64,000 bases of DNA from Longimicrobiales bacterium (GCA_965202985.1 CBDBCF010000001.1:2592001-2656000); one strand, 5' to 3'; shown: positions 51,157 to 61,156, counted from the stretch's first letter. The notes: generated by a model from the sequence alone, not told the origin. Made by a program: numbers and translations.

Positions 51157-52106
51157 ATGGATCGTCCTGCCCAAGAGCCCGAGTCGCGCCGGCACGACCA
51201 GACCTACAAGCTCTTGTTCTCGCACGCCCCGGCCGCCACCCACCTAGTCCGCGACTTCGCCGCCAAAGGCTGGAGCCGCGCCCTAGACCTCGCGACGCTC
51301 GATCCGTTTCCCACCGAGAGCGTCAGCCCGGACCTACGGCGCCGGCTGGGCGATTGCGCGTGGCGGGCGTGGCTCAGGGACGGCCGGGCGTCGGTCGTGT
51401 TTCTGGTCGAGTTCCAGTCCTCCGTGGACCGCGAAATGCTCTTCCGCACGATGAGCTACCGCCAAGCGGCACACCTGGCGTTCCACCGCTACCCGAGCCT
51501 GCGGGACCCGGGCGACGCCATGCCGTATACGATGTCCGTTGTCGTCTACTCGGGCGTGCCGCCGTGGACCGCCGCAACGACGCTGGCCGAACTGGCGTGC
51601 AGGCGAACGGCCTCGCTGCCGGAGGCGGCGCTTTGGCTGGGGGGCAGCGGGACGCACTCGCATGGCCACCGGTTGCTTGACTTGCAGTCGACGTTCGCGC
51701 AAGACTTGCTTCCGAAGGACAGCGTGCTCGACTGGATCGCGGCGATGGAGCGTGCTCCGTGGACGCACCTGCCGCGAGTTCGCCGAAGCTTGGCGAGGTG
51801 CTGGGGCGGACCGGAGCACTCGGCAGTGCGCAGAGCGCTCGCGGAGAGGACGACATGGAGACCTACGAAGACTGGGCGAGGGGCCACGAAGAGCGGGGCC
51901 GGGCCAAGGAAGGCCGGGCTATGGTGGTGCGGCAGGCCTCGCGGCGGTTCGGCGCAGAGACGGCGCAGCAGCTGGAGGGGTTGGTGGAGGGGATGGGCGT
52001 GAAGGAGCTGGCTCGGGTCGGGGATGCGGTCGTGGACTGCGACACCGGCGACGAGCTGCTGGAGGCCGCCGAGAACGGGCCAAAGAGCCAGTCCAGCCCC
52101 CGGTGA
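51157..52106 (+). pseudogene. Rpn/YhgA-like nuclease copy 2, split by a frameshifting internal deletion at ~51846
   Basis: N-part (HDQTYKLLF, RRLGD, LVEFQS) aligns with copy 1 up to RRALAE; ~28-30 codons present in copy 1 are missing; the C-part continues in another frame. N-part stop at 52002. Confidence 0.75.
51855..52106 (+). CDS. Intact stand-alone Rpn C-terminal small protein (antitoxin-like, 83 aa)
   Basis: GGAGAGGACGAC-ATG; METYEDW...RQASRRFGAETA...VVDCDTGDELLEAAENG is homologous to the copy 1 C-terminus. Confidence 0.55.
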   Translation: METYEDWARGHEERGRAKEGRAMVVRQASRRFGAETAQQLEGLVEGMGVKELARVGDAVVDCDTGDELLEAAENGPKSQSSPR

Positions 52107-52142
52107 CCCGCGCCGGGACGTTGGGGCGGCATCCGGCCACGA

Positions 52143-52170
52143 TTGCGCGCGGTCGCGAATGCGCTATTCT
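52143..52170 (+). promoter_or_regulatory. Putative sigma70 promoter for the ATPase-TOPRIM pair
   Basis: TTGCGC-N16-TATTCT about 70 nt upstream of ATG 52240. Confidence 0.4.
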
Positions 52171-52239
52171 TGGCGATGCACCGACGGGTAGTCCCGATAG
52201 CCCGTCGTTCGCCGGTCCCACCGTCAACGCAGCAACCCG

Positions 52240-53346
52240 ATGATCAAGAAACTGTACATCGACAACTTTCGTTGCTTCGTCAACTTCGAACTGCAACTCG
52301 ACGAGGTGGCGATCATCCTGGGAAGCAACGGCACCGGCAAGAGCACCGTGCTCGGTGTGCTGTACAAGCTTCAAGAGCTGGTCGTTCGCGGAAGGAGGAT
52401 CGACGAAGTCTTTTCAGCACGAGACCTGTCAATGACGCATTCGCGCGACACTCAGGTGTTTGCAGTCGACCTGGCGGTTGCCGACGGCGACTATCGTTAC
52501 GAGTTGATGATTGAGCACGATCGAGACCGAGACAAGATGCGGATTCAGCGAGAGGAACTTCGGATCGACGGCAATCCGTTGTTCTCGTTCCAAACCGGGA
52601 AGGCGCAACTTTATCGAGACGATCACAGCACGGGACCATCGTATCCGTTCGACTGGGCGCGCTCCGGCGTAGCGTCTCTGTACGAGAGTCCGGACAACCG
52701 CAAGCTATCGCGATTCAAGCGTGAACTGGCGAATCTGATCATTGTGAAGCCATGTCCTCCATTGTTCGATTCCGAGACCAAAGCCGAAGACGAATTCCTC
52801 GAACCGACGATGCGAAACTTCGTTGGTTGGTACCGTTATGCGGCCCAAGAGAACATGGGGGCGCTTGCAAAGTTGTTCGCCGACTTGAAGGACATTCTTC
52901 CGGGCTTCGAATCGATCAGTCTTTCCAAGTCCGGGACGAGCCGGTTTGTGCTCAAGGCGTTGTTTGATGGTTCAGACAGCGCCGACAAGCACATGAAATA
53001 CGGATTCGATCAGCTTTCCGACGGCCAAAGGGCGTTGGTCGCCTTGTATTCTCTGTTGATCCTGCCTGGCGAGAGAAGGGTATCGCTGTTCATCGACGAA
53101 CCCGACGCATATCTGTCCCTGGGCGAAGTCCAGCCGTGGATCAGTCAAGTGTTCGACGCTTGCGGAGAAAGCTTGGAGCAAGCGGTTCTCGTGTCGCATC
53201 ACCCGATAACGATCGACTACTTGGCGGGAACGTGTGCGAAGTGGTTCTCGCGAGACGGGGATGGCCCAGTGCGAGTGTCCGACGAGTCCGGTTTTTCGGA
53301 TCAAGCCCTCCCGATTTCGCAGCTGATTGCTAGGGAGCAAACTTGA
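52240..53346 (+). CDS. ABC-type (AAA_15/AAA_21-like) ATPase, defence-associated
   Basis: IKKLYIDNFRCF, GSNGTGKST, LSDGQR, LFIDEPD, VSHHP; lower GC than flanks. Confidence 0.88.
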   Translation: MIKKLYIDNFRCFVNFELQLDEVAIILGSNGTGKSTVLGVLYKLQELVVRGRRIDEVFSARDLSMTHSRDTQVFAVDLAVADGDYRYELMIEHDRDRDKMRIQREELRIDGNPLFSFQTGKAQLYRDDHSTGPSYPFDWARSGVASLYESPDNRKLSRFKRELANLIIVKPCPPLFDSETKAEDEFLEPTMRNFVGWYRYAAQENMGALAKLFADLKDILPGFESISLSKSGTSRFVLKALFDGSDSADKHMKYGFDQLSDGQRALVALYSLLILPGERRVSLFIDEPDAYLSLGEVQPWISQVFDACGESLEQAVLVSHHPITIDYLAGTCAKWFSRDGDGPVRVSDESGFSDQALPISQLIAREQT

Positions 53347-53873
53347 AGATCGTTCTGCTGTGCGAAGATATGCAGACGATAATGTTCATACGTCGATTTC
53401 TCAAGAAGCGAAAGTTCAAGCCCCGCGACATCTTTGTGCGTGAGACGGCGGCCGGCAAGAAGTCGGGCGAACAATGGGTTCGAGAAGAATTCCCCAAGGA
53501 ACTGCGATACGCCCGCAGCGGCACGGGACGTTTCCTGATCGTGGTTATCGACGCGGATACTGGATCAACGCAGGATAGGTTGTCGCAACTGACCCGGGAG
53601 TGCACCAGGCAAGGAATTGCCGGAAAAACGGACTCCGATCCCGTTATCGTTGCCGTCCCTCGGCGCAACATCGAGACGTGGTTTGCGTATCTTCGGGGGA
53701 CGAACGTCGAGGAGACCACAGCATATCCGCGGCTCCGCCAACCACGGGGCTGCTTGCCCTTGGCCGACGAGCTGTATCGGATGTGTCACAGGGCGCAGAG
53801 TCTTCGCGAGCCGGTGCCTCCGTCGTTGCAGGCGGCTTGTCGCGAGTACCCGAAGCTGAAACGGGAGCGTTGA
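53343..53873 (+). CDS. TOPRIM-like partner protein (DUF4276/DUF4435/RloB-like)
   Basis: IVLLCED, IVVIDAD (DxD), RNIETWF; TTGA overlap with the ATPase stop. Confidence 0.7.
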   Translation: MKIVLLCEDMQTIMFIRRFLKKRKFKPRDIFVRETAAGKKSGEQWVREEFPKELRYARSGTGRFLIVVIDADTGSTQDRLSQLTRECTRQGIAGKTDSDPVIVAVPRRNIETWFAYLRGTNVEETTAYPRLRQPRGCLPLADELYRMCHRAQSLREPVPPSLQAACREYPKLKRER

Positions 53874-53929
53874 GGCACCTCTAGCTGCGCCATCTGTCGC
53901 GGTCGCGCCGGAAGATCGGGTTCGTGCGG

Positions 53930-55777
53930 TCAGCTCGTGTCCCGACGTTCGCGTACGCCCCTTGGCGCGACGCGCGCTTCCGCCTTTGCCAAGCCCCAGT
54001 CCACCGCCATGGCCAGGGTGGCGGCAGGGACGGCGCCCGACAGGATCATCACCGGGTCGGACAGAGCGAGCCCGGCCACGATTGGGTCGCCCAGGCCGCC
54101 GGCGCCGACGAACGCCGCCAGGGTAGCGGTTCCGACGTTGATGACGGCTGCGGTCCGCACGCCGGCCATGATCACCGGCGCGGCCAAGGGGAGCCGGATG
54201 CGTCCCAGCAGCTGGCGTTCGGTCATGCCGAGCGCCCGTCCGGACTCCACGGCGTCGGGCGCGGCGCCTACGATTCCCGTGTAGGTGTTTCGCAGGACGG
54301 GAAGCAGCGAGTACAGGAACAGGGCCGCGATCGCGGGGGCCGAGCCGATGCCGAAGACGGGGATCATGAACGCCAGGAGGGCGATCCCGGGGATCGTCTG
54401 CAGAAGGCCCGCGAACCGAATGGCGGCCTCGGCCAGCGAACGGCGCCGCTCCAGCAGGACCCCGGTCGGCACGGCCATCAGCACGGCCGCCCCCAAGGAG
54501 GCCAGAACCAGAAGAAGGTGGCGCCCCGCCTGTTGCCCAAGTTCGCCGCGACCCGCCCACATGTAGGCAGGAAGCTCGCGGATCGGCCGCCGGGTGCCGG
54601 CTCGTTGTCCGCCGGTGCCTGTCGATGTTGCGACGTCTGGGGACGGCGTGTCCTCGTCCGCCGACGCGCCCGCCTCGCCGACGGCGCCGGAACCCGACGC
54701 CTGGTCCGCCCCCGCGCCTTCGCCCGCCAGCTCTCCGTCGCCCCTCCCTCCGGCCTCGTCCGCCAACCCGGCTTCGGCCAGGAGAGCCTGCGCCGCCTCG
54801 GCCACGGGCGCTCCGTCCAGTTCGACCCGTTCGTTGGCTCGCCTCATGAGTTCCGGCCCGATCCGGCCCGCGAGCGCCGACAACGCCAGCACTGCACCGG
54901 GCCGCTCGGCGTAGAAGGCGGACCCGACGAGCGGTGCGGCGTGGTACGGAGGGAAGAAGCCGCGGTCGTCGACCATCACGGCCAAGTCGTAGCGGGCGAC
55001 GGCGCCGTCGGTGGAGTAGGCGTCGATCACGTCCACTTCCCCGGCGGCAAGCGCTTGGTACTTGACGGCCTGGAGCAGTGCCCGCGTCTCCCGAAACCGC
55101 ATCCGATACGCGTCGGCCAGTCCCGGCAACCCGTCGGCGCGGCCCACGAAGTCCGGCGAGAAGCCGCCGGCCAGCGTCGGGGCGACCCGTGCCAACCCCG
55201 AGAGCGTTCCGATTCCCAGCGAATCCGCCGCCGAGCGGCGCATCGCGACGGCGTAGGTGTTCTCGAACCCCAGCGGGGGCAGCCATCGCAGTCCCCAACG
55301 AGCCTCGAACTGGTCGGACACGCGACGGAAAACGGCATCCGGCCCGCCCTGCGGAGTCTCGCCCAGGATCGCCGCCAGACCCGTGCCGGTGTATTCGGGA
55401 TAGACGTGAACCTCGCCCTGAACCAACGCCTGGAAGACCAGCTCGGTCGAGCCGAATCCGAAACGGCGGTCGACTCGGTGGTCATGGTGCTCCAGCAGCT
55501 GGGCGAACGTCTCGGCCAGCACGTACGACTCGGCGAACGGCTTTGACGCGACCACGACGGGTCCGCGCTCGGCCCCCGGCTGCTGTTCGGCTTCCAGGGC
55601 CGCCGCCTCTTCCCGCGCCTGGGCGGCTAGCGGCTGCGCGAATGCGACCCAGCCCAGGCACGTCCCGGCGGCCGCTCCCGCCAGCAGTCGCCACGCCGGC
55701 AGCCCGCTTGGGCCTGCCAACGGCCGCCGCGCCCGTGCGGCCCGCGCGGCCCGCGCTGGCCTCGCCGCCCGCCTCAC
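53930..55777 (-). CDS. Osmoprotectant (glycine betaine/choline) ABC transporter, fused substrate-binding protein + permease
   Basis: VVVASKPFAES, YPEYTGT, GFENTYA, YSTDG, FFPPY; then LQTIPGIALL, ALGMT, GAGGLG. Confidence 0.9.
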   Translation of the reverse strand: MRRAARPARAARAARARRPLAGPSGLPAWRLLAGAAAGTCLGWVAFAQPLAAQAREEAAALEAEQQPGAERGPVVVASKPFAESYVLAETFAQLLEHHDHRVDRRFGFGSTELVFQALVQGEVHVYPEYTGTGLAAILGETPQGGPDAVFRRVSDQFEARWGLRWLPPLGFENTYAVAMRRSAADSLGIGTLSGLARVAPTLAGGFSPDFVGRADGLPGLADAYRMRFRETRALLQAVKYQALAAGEVDVIDAYSTDGAVARYDLAVMVDDRGFFPPYHAAPLVGSAFYAERPGAVLALSALAGRIGPELMRRANERVELDGAPVAEAAQALLAEAGLADEAGGRGDGELAGEGAGADQASGSGAVGEAGASADEDTPSPDVATSTGTGGQRAGTRRPIRELPAYMWAGRGELGQQAGRHLLLVLASLGAAVLMAVPTGVLLERRRSLAEAAIRFAGLLQTIPGIALLAFMIPVFGIGSAPAIAALFLYSLLPVLRNTYTGIVGAAPDAVESGRALGMTERQLLGRIRLPLAAPVIMAGVRTAAVINVGTATLAAFVGAGGLGDPIVAGLALSDPVMILSGAVPAATLAMAVDWGLAKAEARVAPRGVRERRDTS

Positions 55778-55790
55778 TCCGCCGCCCGCT

Positions 55791-56519
55791 TCACCCCGCC
55801 ACCCCCGACCGCTTCACCAGCTCGGCCGCGTACCCCCGCGCACGCCGCACCAGCTCGCCGGCGGGCGCCTCCAGCACGACCCGGCCCGCGCGCATCACCG
55901 CCACCCGCGTGGCCACCCGGAGCGCCTCCGACAAGTCGTGCGTCACCAGCACGGCGGTCACGCCGGCCGACTTGCGCAACGCCACGAACGACGCCTGGGC
56001 CTCGGAGCGGGTCACCGCGTCCAGGGCGCCGAAAGGCTCGTCCATGAGCACGATGTCGGGGCCGGCCGCCAGCGCGCGCGCGATCGCGACCCGTTGCCTC
56101 TGGCCTCCCGACAGGTCGCGGGGGTAGCGCGCGCCGAACACGTCCGGGTCCAGGCCGGCCGCCTCCAGCGCGCTCCTTCCCAGGGCTTCCGCGCCGGAGA
56201 GCCCAAGCAGGCCGGGCACCAGCGCCGCGTTGGCCAGGCAGGTCCAGTGGGGGATCAGGCCGCCGTCCTGCTGGACGTATCCGATAGAGCGGCGAAGCTG
56301 CACCGGGTCCGCCGCGGCCACGGACCGCCCCCGAACCAGGACTTGGCCCCGGTCCAGCACCGTCAGTCGATTCACTGCGCGCAACAGCGTGGTCTTGCCG
56401 GACCCGCTTTCGCCGACCAGCGCCAGGCACGTGCCGGCCTCGACCGTCAGGGAGACGCCGTCCAGAGCCGCAATCCGGCCGTACCGCTTGTACGCGCCTT
56501 CGATCTCGATCAGGGCCAC
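55791..56519 (-). CDS. Osmoprotectant ABC transporter ATP-binding protein (OpuCA/OsmV-like)
   Basis: GESGSGKTT, IGYVQQDGGLIPH, LSGGQRQR, MDEPFGALD. Confidence 0.9.
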   Translation of the reverse strand: MALIEIEGAYKRYGRIAALDGVSLTVEAGTCLALVGESGSGKTTLLRAVNRLTVLDRGQVLVRGRSVAAADPVQLRRSIGYVQQDGGLIPHWTCLANAALVPGLLGLSGAEALGRSALEAAGLDPDVFGARYPRDLSGGQRQRVAIARALAAGPDIVLMDEPFGALDAVTRSEAQASFVALRKSAGVTAVLVTHDLSEALRVATRVAVMRAGRVVLEAPAGELVRRARGYAAELVKRSGVAG

Positions 56520-57637
56520 GGCACGCCTTCGCGCAAGGCTCGAACCACAACCTCGGGGTCCGCGTTGCCCCCGGTCACCACTGCCACCGCCGCTTCTTCG
56601 GGCGCCAACGGAATGCGGCCGTGCATGAGCGCCGCCACGGCAGCAGCGCCCGACGGCTCCGCCAGCAGCTTGGCCCGCGTCAACAGGAGCCGCATGGCGG
56701 ACAGGATCTCGGCGTCGGACACCAAGACCACGTCCTCCACGAACCGGGCCACGTACCGGTAGTTGAGTTCGCCCGCAAATGGCGGCGCCAGTCCGTCGGC
56801 GATCGTGTCCGTCCCTTCCAAGCGGATGGGCCGCCCCGCGTCCAGGCTGCGGCGCATCGCAGGCGCCCCCTCCGGTTCCACGCCGAAGACGCGCCACCCT
56901 CGCGCGCCGGTCCGACTGTCCTCCCCGGTCCAGTCACCCGGTCCGCCCCCGCCCGCGCGCGAAAGCTGGCCGGTTGCCGAAGGCTGGCCGGTCACCCCCA
57001 GCTGGCCGGTCGCCCCCAGTCGGCCGGTTTCCGCCAGCCTGCCGGTCGCCGCGAGCGCACCCGCGATCCCCGCGATCTGTCCGCCGCCGCCCACGGGCGC
57101 CACCACGGCAGCCGGACCGTCCAAGTCCTCGGCTACCTCCAGTCCGGTCGACCCGTGGCCGGCCACGACGGGGGCCGCGTCGAAGGGATGCAGGAACGCG
57201 AGCCCGTCCCGATCGGCCAAGCGGCCGGCCTCCTCGAAGGCGTCGGCCGCGTCGCCCCGCAGGACCACCTTGGCCCCGTACCCCCGCGCTGCCGCAATCT
57301 TGGACGGCGAAGCCTTCTCGGGCATGACCACGACCGCTTCGGTCTCCGCCTTGCGGGCCGCCCAAGCCACGGCTTGCGCGTGGTTGCCCGCCGACACCGT
57401 GACGACTCCCGGCAACGGATCGCCCGGCGGACGGCCCTCCCGCAACGCCGCAATCGACGCCAGCGCCCCACGCACCTTGAAGGAGCCGGTCTTCTGCAGG
57501 TTCTCGCACTTGAGCCACGCGGCCGGGGCGGCAATGCCCCTCGCAAGCGTACGGCACGACAGCAGCGGTGTGCGGTGCAGCGACGGGGCGGCCAAGCGCC
57601 TGGCCTCCTCGAAGTCGCGCCGCGACAGCCAGTCCAT
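56510..57637 (-). CDS. Threonine/serine dehydratase family PLP enzyme (no ACT domain)
   Basis: LKCENLQKTGSFKVRGA, SAGNHAQ, HPFD, PVGGGG, TIADGL, EPSGAA, TGGN; SD AAGGAG. Confidence 0.9.
   Translation of the reverse strand: MDWLSRRDFEEARRLAAPSLHRTPLLSCRTLARGIAAPAAWLKCENLQKTGSFKVRGALASIAALREGRPPGDPLPGVVTVSAGNHAQAVAWAARKAETEAVVVMPEKASPSKIAAARGYGAKVVLRGDAADAFEEAGRLADRDGLAFLHPFDAAPVVAGHGSTGLEVAEDLDGPAAVVAPVGGGGQIAGIAGALAATGRLAETGRLGATGQLGVTGQPSATGQLSRAGGGGPGDWTGEDSRTGARGWRVFGVEPEGAPAMRRSLDAGRPIRLEGTDTIADGLAPPFAGELNYRYVARFVEDVVLVSDAEILSAMRLLLTRAKLLAEPSGAAAVAALMHGRIPLAPEEAAVAVVTGGNADPEVVVRALREGVPWP
56965..57050 (-). repeat. In-frame 18-nt tandem repeat (x5, encoding xTGR/QL/Px) inside the dehydratase
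   Basis: ATGRLA-ETGRLG-ATGQLG-VTGQPS-ATGQLS. Confidence 0.75.
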
Positions 57638-57712
57638 GGACGGCTCCTTTCTCGCTGGGAATCTAGCCCCATTGCCGGAGGCGCCGCCTGCCGCAAGAGG
57701 CGCAGCACGCGG

Positions 57713-57741
57713 TTGCCGGAGGCGTCGCGCGGCGATAGGTT
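57713..57741 (+). promoter_or_regulatory. Putative sigma70 promoter for the TonB receptor
   Basis: TTGCCG-N17-TAGGTT; the 12-mer TTGCCGGAGGCG is also present 41 nt upstream at 57672. Confidence 0.4.
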
Positions 57742-57806
57742 GAAGCTGGTTCTCTCCGCGCCGCTGCTTCCAAACCACACGACCGTCAAAAGGACGGAAC
57801 GACACC

Positions 57807-60512
57807 ATGAGCGTCGAAACCCGCTTCGCCCGCACCGCCTCCTTTCTCGCGTTCCTCGCGCTCGCTTTCGCGTTCCAGACTCCCGGGGCCGCGGCCCAGC
57901 AAGGCACGATCACCGGGAGGGTCGTGGACGCGGAGACGGGCGTCGCACTGACCGGGGCCGCGATCGAGGTGCTGGGGCAGGACGCCCTGGCCGAGGCGGG
58001 CGAGTCCGGTCGGTTCACCGTGTCCGTCCCGGCCGGCAGCCATTCCCTGGTCGCGACCCTGATCGGCTACGAGACGGCCCGCGTGGACGGCGTCGACGTG
58101 GCCGCCGGGGGCACGGCGGACGTGGAGTTGTCCCTTCGCTCCCAGGCCCTGGTCCTCAATCCGGTGGTCGTAACCGCGTCCCGTCGCCAGGAGAAGGCGC
58201 TGGACGCCCCCGCCTCGGTGTCCGCCGTCTCGGCCGACGAGATCGCCCGCACGATCAAGACGACCCCGGCGGAGCACGTCCGCTCGCTGCCGGGCATCGA
58301 CATGGCCCAGACCGGCCTGACCCAGACCAACATCGTGGCTCGCGGCTTCAACAACGTCTTCTCGGGCGCCCTGCTCACGATCATGGACAACCGCTACGCG
58401 CGCATTCCGTCGTTGCGGTTCAACGCGCACAACATGCTTCCGGCCACGGACTTGGACATCGAGCGGATCGAGGTCTCGCTGGGACCGGGGGCGGCCCTCT
58501 ACGGCCCCAACGCCTCGACGGGGGTCATGCACCTGATCACGTCGTCCCCGATCGACAAGCCCGGGACCACGCTCTCGCTGGCCGGCGGCGAGCGCTCGGT
58601 CTTCCACGGGCAGTTCCGAACGGCCCACGCCCTGTCCAGCGGCTTCGGCTTCAAGCTCTCCGGCCAGTACTTCCGGGGCAACGACTTCGAGTACATCGAC
58701 CCCGTGGAGGAGCGCGACCCGCCGGACCTGGAGCGCGACTTCCTCAACGAGCGCTACTCGGCCGACGCGCGCTTGGACTTTCGGTTCGCAGGCGACGCCG
58801 AGCTGATCGTCAGCGGCGGCATGAACGTGGCGGCCAAGAGCATCGAGCTCACGGGCATCGGCGCCGCGCAAGCCCAGGACTGGGGCTACCAGTACGCACA
58901 GACGCGGTTCAGCAAGGGCCGTTTGTTCGCCCAGGCGTTCCTGAACCAGACCAACGCGGGCGACGCCACGCGCCTGCTCCGCACCGGCGTGCCCGTGGTG
59001 GACAAGTCCCGCGCCCTGGCCGTCCAGTTCCAGTACGGCTTCGACCTGGGCAGCTTCCAGAGCTTCACCTACGGGGTGGACTGGCAGCGGACCGAACCGC
59101 GAACCGGCGGTACGATCACGGGCCGAAACGAGGAGGACGACTTGGTCAGCGAGATCGGCGCCTACGTGCACTCCGAGACCGCGCTGGGCGACAAGGTGGA
59201 CTTGGTGGCGGCGATCCGCGTGGACGACCACAGCCGGTTAGCCGCCGCCGCCATATCTCCGCGAGCCGCGCTGGTGCTGAAGCCCGCGGAAGACCAGACC
59301 TTCCGCCTCACCTTCAACCGGGCCTTCTCGACGCCGACCACGAACAACCTGTTCCTGGACATCTTGGCGGGTGGATTCGAGCTGGGCTTCGGGTTGCCGG
59401 GCTACGGGATCCGCGCCCTGGGCGTGCCGGCCGGCGGCTTCACATGGGACAACCAGTGCCCCGGCGGCTTCATGTCGATGTGCATGTATTCGCCCTTCAT
59501 GCCGGGCCAGCTGCCCGCCAACGCGGCCCTCTTCTGGGACGCCATGATGCAGCGGCTCCCGGAGTTCGACGCCTCCCTAGGGGCGCTCGTTCCCGTGCTC
59601 GTCGGCCCGGGCCAGCTTCCCGGCGACCCGGTGCTGGCCACCGTCTTCCGTCGCCTGAACCAAGCGGCGGCCGAGACCGGCCAGGGCGATCTCTTCCCCC
59701 TGGACGCCACCGGACTCACGAGCATCGCCGAGATGCGGTCCACCATCTACAACACGTTCGAGGCGGGCTACAAGGGCGTGATCGGCGACCGCGTCCTGCT
59801 GGCGGCGGACGTGTACCACGCGCGCGTCAAGGACTTCGTGGGCCCCCTGCGAATCGAGACCCCCAACGTGTTCCTGGACGCGGAGTCGGTGCAGCAGTTC
59901 CTTGCCGCCCGGCTGGGGCGCCTTGTCCAAGCCGGTCAGCTGGACCCGGCCGGCGTTGCCGGGATCATCGCCGCGATCACGCCCATCGTGGCGGCGATCC
60001 CCTTCGGCACCGTGGTTCCCGATCAGGTCGATTCCCCCGACCTCCTGGTCACCTACCGCAACTTCGGAGACGTGAACTACTGGGGCACGGACTTGGCGAT
60101 GCAGGTATTGGCGTCCGACCGGGTGCGGATCAACGGGGCGTATTCGTTCCAGAGCGACGAGTGCTTCGACTTCAACGAGGACGGCCGGTGCACCAGCGCC
60201 GACGACATCGCGCTCAACGCGCCCCGTCACAAGGGTTCGGTCGGGTTCGTCTTCGACGACCAAGCCGCCGGCTGGTCGTTCGACGGGCGGTTCCGCATGA
60301 GCGGCGGCTTCCCCATGAACTCGGGCGTCTACATCGGCGACGTCGAGAGCTACGGAGTCGTGGACTTGGGCGTCGGCTGGCGGCTGCCCTTCCAGCCCAA
60401 CGCCCGCGTGTCCCTGAACGCCAGCAACGTGCTCGACAACAAGCATCGGGAGTTCGTGGGAGCGCCGGAACTGGGCCGGTTGATACTGGCCCGCGTGCGG
60501 TACGATTTCTGA
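57807..60512 (+). CDS. TonB-dependent outer-membrane receptor with N-terminal carboxypeptidase-regulatory-like domain
   Basis: Signal peptide, GTITGRVVDA, VVVTASR, IERIEVSLGPGAALYG, NVLD, C-terminal RYDF. Confidence 0.93.
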   Translation: MSVETRFARTASFLAFLALAFAFQTPGAAAQQGTITGRVVDAETGVALTGAAIEVLGQDALAEAGESGRFTVSVPAGSHSLVATLIGYETARVDGVDVAAGGTADVELSLRSQALVLNPVVVTASRRQEKALDAPASVSAVSADEIARTIKTTPAEHVRSLPGIDMAQTGLTQTNIVARGFNNVFSGALLTIMDNRYARIPSLRFNAHNMLPATDLDIERIEVSLGPGAALYGPNASTGVMHLITSSPIDKPGTTLSLAGGERSVFHGQFRTAHALSSGFGFKLSGQYFRGNDFEYIDPVEERDPPDLERDFLNERYSADARLDFRFAGDAELIVSGGMNVAAKSIELTGIGAAQAQDWGYQYAQTRFSKGRLFAQAFLNQTNAGDATRLLRTGVPVVDKSRALAVQFQYGFDLGSFQSFTYGVDWQRTEPRTGGTITGRNEEDDLVSEIGAYVHSETALGDKVDLVAAIRVDDHSRLAAAAISPRAALVLKPAEDQTFRLTFNRAFSTPTTNNLFLDILAGGFELGFGLPGYGIRALGVPAGGFTWDNQCPGGFMSMCMYSPFMPGQLPANAALFWDAMMQRLPEFDASLGALVPVLVGPGQLPGDPVLATVFRRLNQAAAETGQGDLFPLDATGLTSIAEMRSTIYNTFEAGYKGVIGDRVLLAADVYHARVKDFVGPLRIETPNVFLDAESVQQFLAARLGRLVQAGQLDPAGVAGIIAAITPIVAAIPFGTVVPDQVDSPDLLVTYRNFGDVNYWGTDLAMQVLASDRVRINGAYSFQSDECFDFNEDGRCTSADDIALNAPRHKGSVGFVFDDQAAGWSFDGRFRMSGGFPMNSGVYIGDVESYGVVDLGVGWRLPFQPNARVSLNASNVLDNKHREFVGAPELGRLILARVRYDF

Positions 60513-61017
60513 CCCCGGACACGTTCGGCCCCGGCCTTCCGCGCCTCCCCGCAGAAAGCGCCTTCGCCAAGCCCGCATCCTGGACTTGGTGAAGGAGCAC
60601 CGCATCCCCAGCCAAGAGGCGTTGCGGGAGCGGCTCGCGTCCGAGGGCTTCGCCGTGGCGCAGGCCACGCTGTCGCGGGACATCCGCGACCTGCGGCTGG
60701 TCAAGGCCCCGGCGGGGTCGGGCAGGTCGTTCTACACGCTGCCCGAAGAGTGGGATCACGTGCCGCCGCTGGACTCGATCCTGCCGGCGCTCTTCGTGTC
60801 CGTGGACGTGGTGGGCAACTTGGCGGTGGTGCGGACGCTGAACGGCGCCGCCCAGGCGGTGGCTTCGGGGATCGACTGGGAAGAGCACGAAGGGTTGGCC
60901 GGCACCATCGCCGGCGACGACACCGTGCTCCTCATCTTCCGGTCGCCCGAGGCCGCGACCACCGTGGCCCGCGAGATCGAATCGCTGGCCCGGAACGAAG
61001 AAGCCAAAGCCAAGTAG
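60505..61017 (+). CDS. argR: Arginine repressor
   Basis: RQARILDLV...SQEAL, QATLSRDIRDLRLVK, GTIAGDDTVL. Start uncertain: TTG 60586 cuts helix 1; an in-frame ATT at 60505 is the likeliest upstream start. Confidence 0.9.
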   Translation: MSDPGHVRPRPSAPPRRKRLRQARILDLVKEHRIPSQEALRERLASEGFAVAQATLSRDIRDLRLVKAPAGSGRSFYTLPEEWDHVPPLDSILPALFVSVDVVGNLAVVRTLNGAAQAVASGIDWEEHEGLAGTIAGDDTVLLIFRSPEAATTVAREIESLARNEEAKAK

Positions 61018-61126
61018 CCGGCCCGCGCCATCCAGAATCGGGCCTTCTCGCGCCGACTCGCCTTGTCCGTGCGGACCTCCCGCGCCCTGTTCGCGCCGAC
61101 CCCGCATCTCCCGTCCCGACCCCCGT

Positions 61127-61156
61127 CTTGCATATTATTTCAGAATGCGCGATAGT
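61127..61156 (+). promoter_or_regulatory. ARG box overlapping a putative argGH promoter
   Basis: TGCAT-ATTA-TTTCA (61129-61142), one mismatch from TGMAT-N4-ATKCA, in an AT-rich patch; -35 TTGCAT-N17-GATAGT. Confidence 0.65.

Noticed and set aside
53930..55777. SBP-before-permease fusion order as a novelty
   Set aside because: Substrate-binding/permease fusions are common in osmoprotectant ABC transporters.
56621..60592. 1323-aa + strand ORF
   Set aside because: Alternative-frame shadow of the TonB receptor and antisense of the dehydratase; no motifs.
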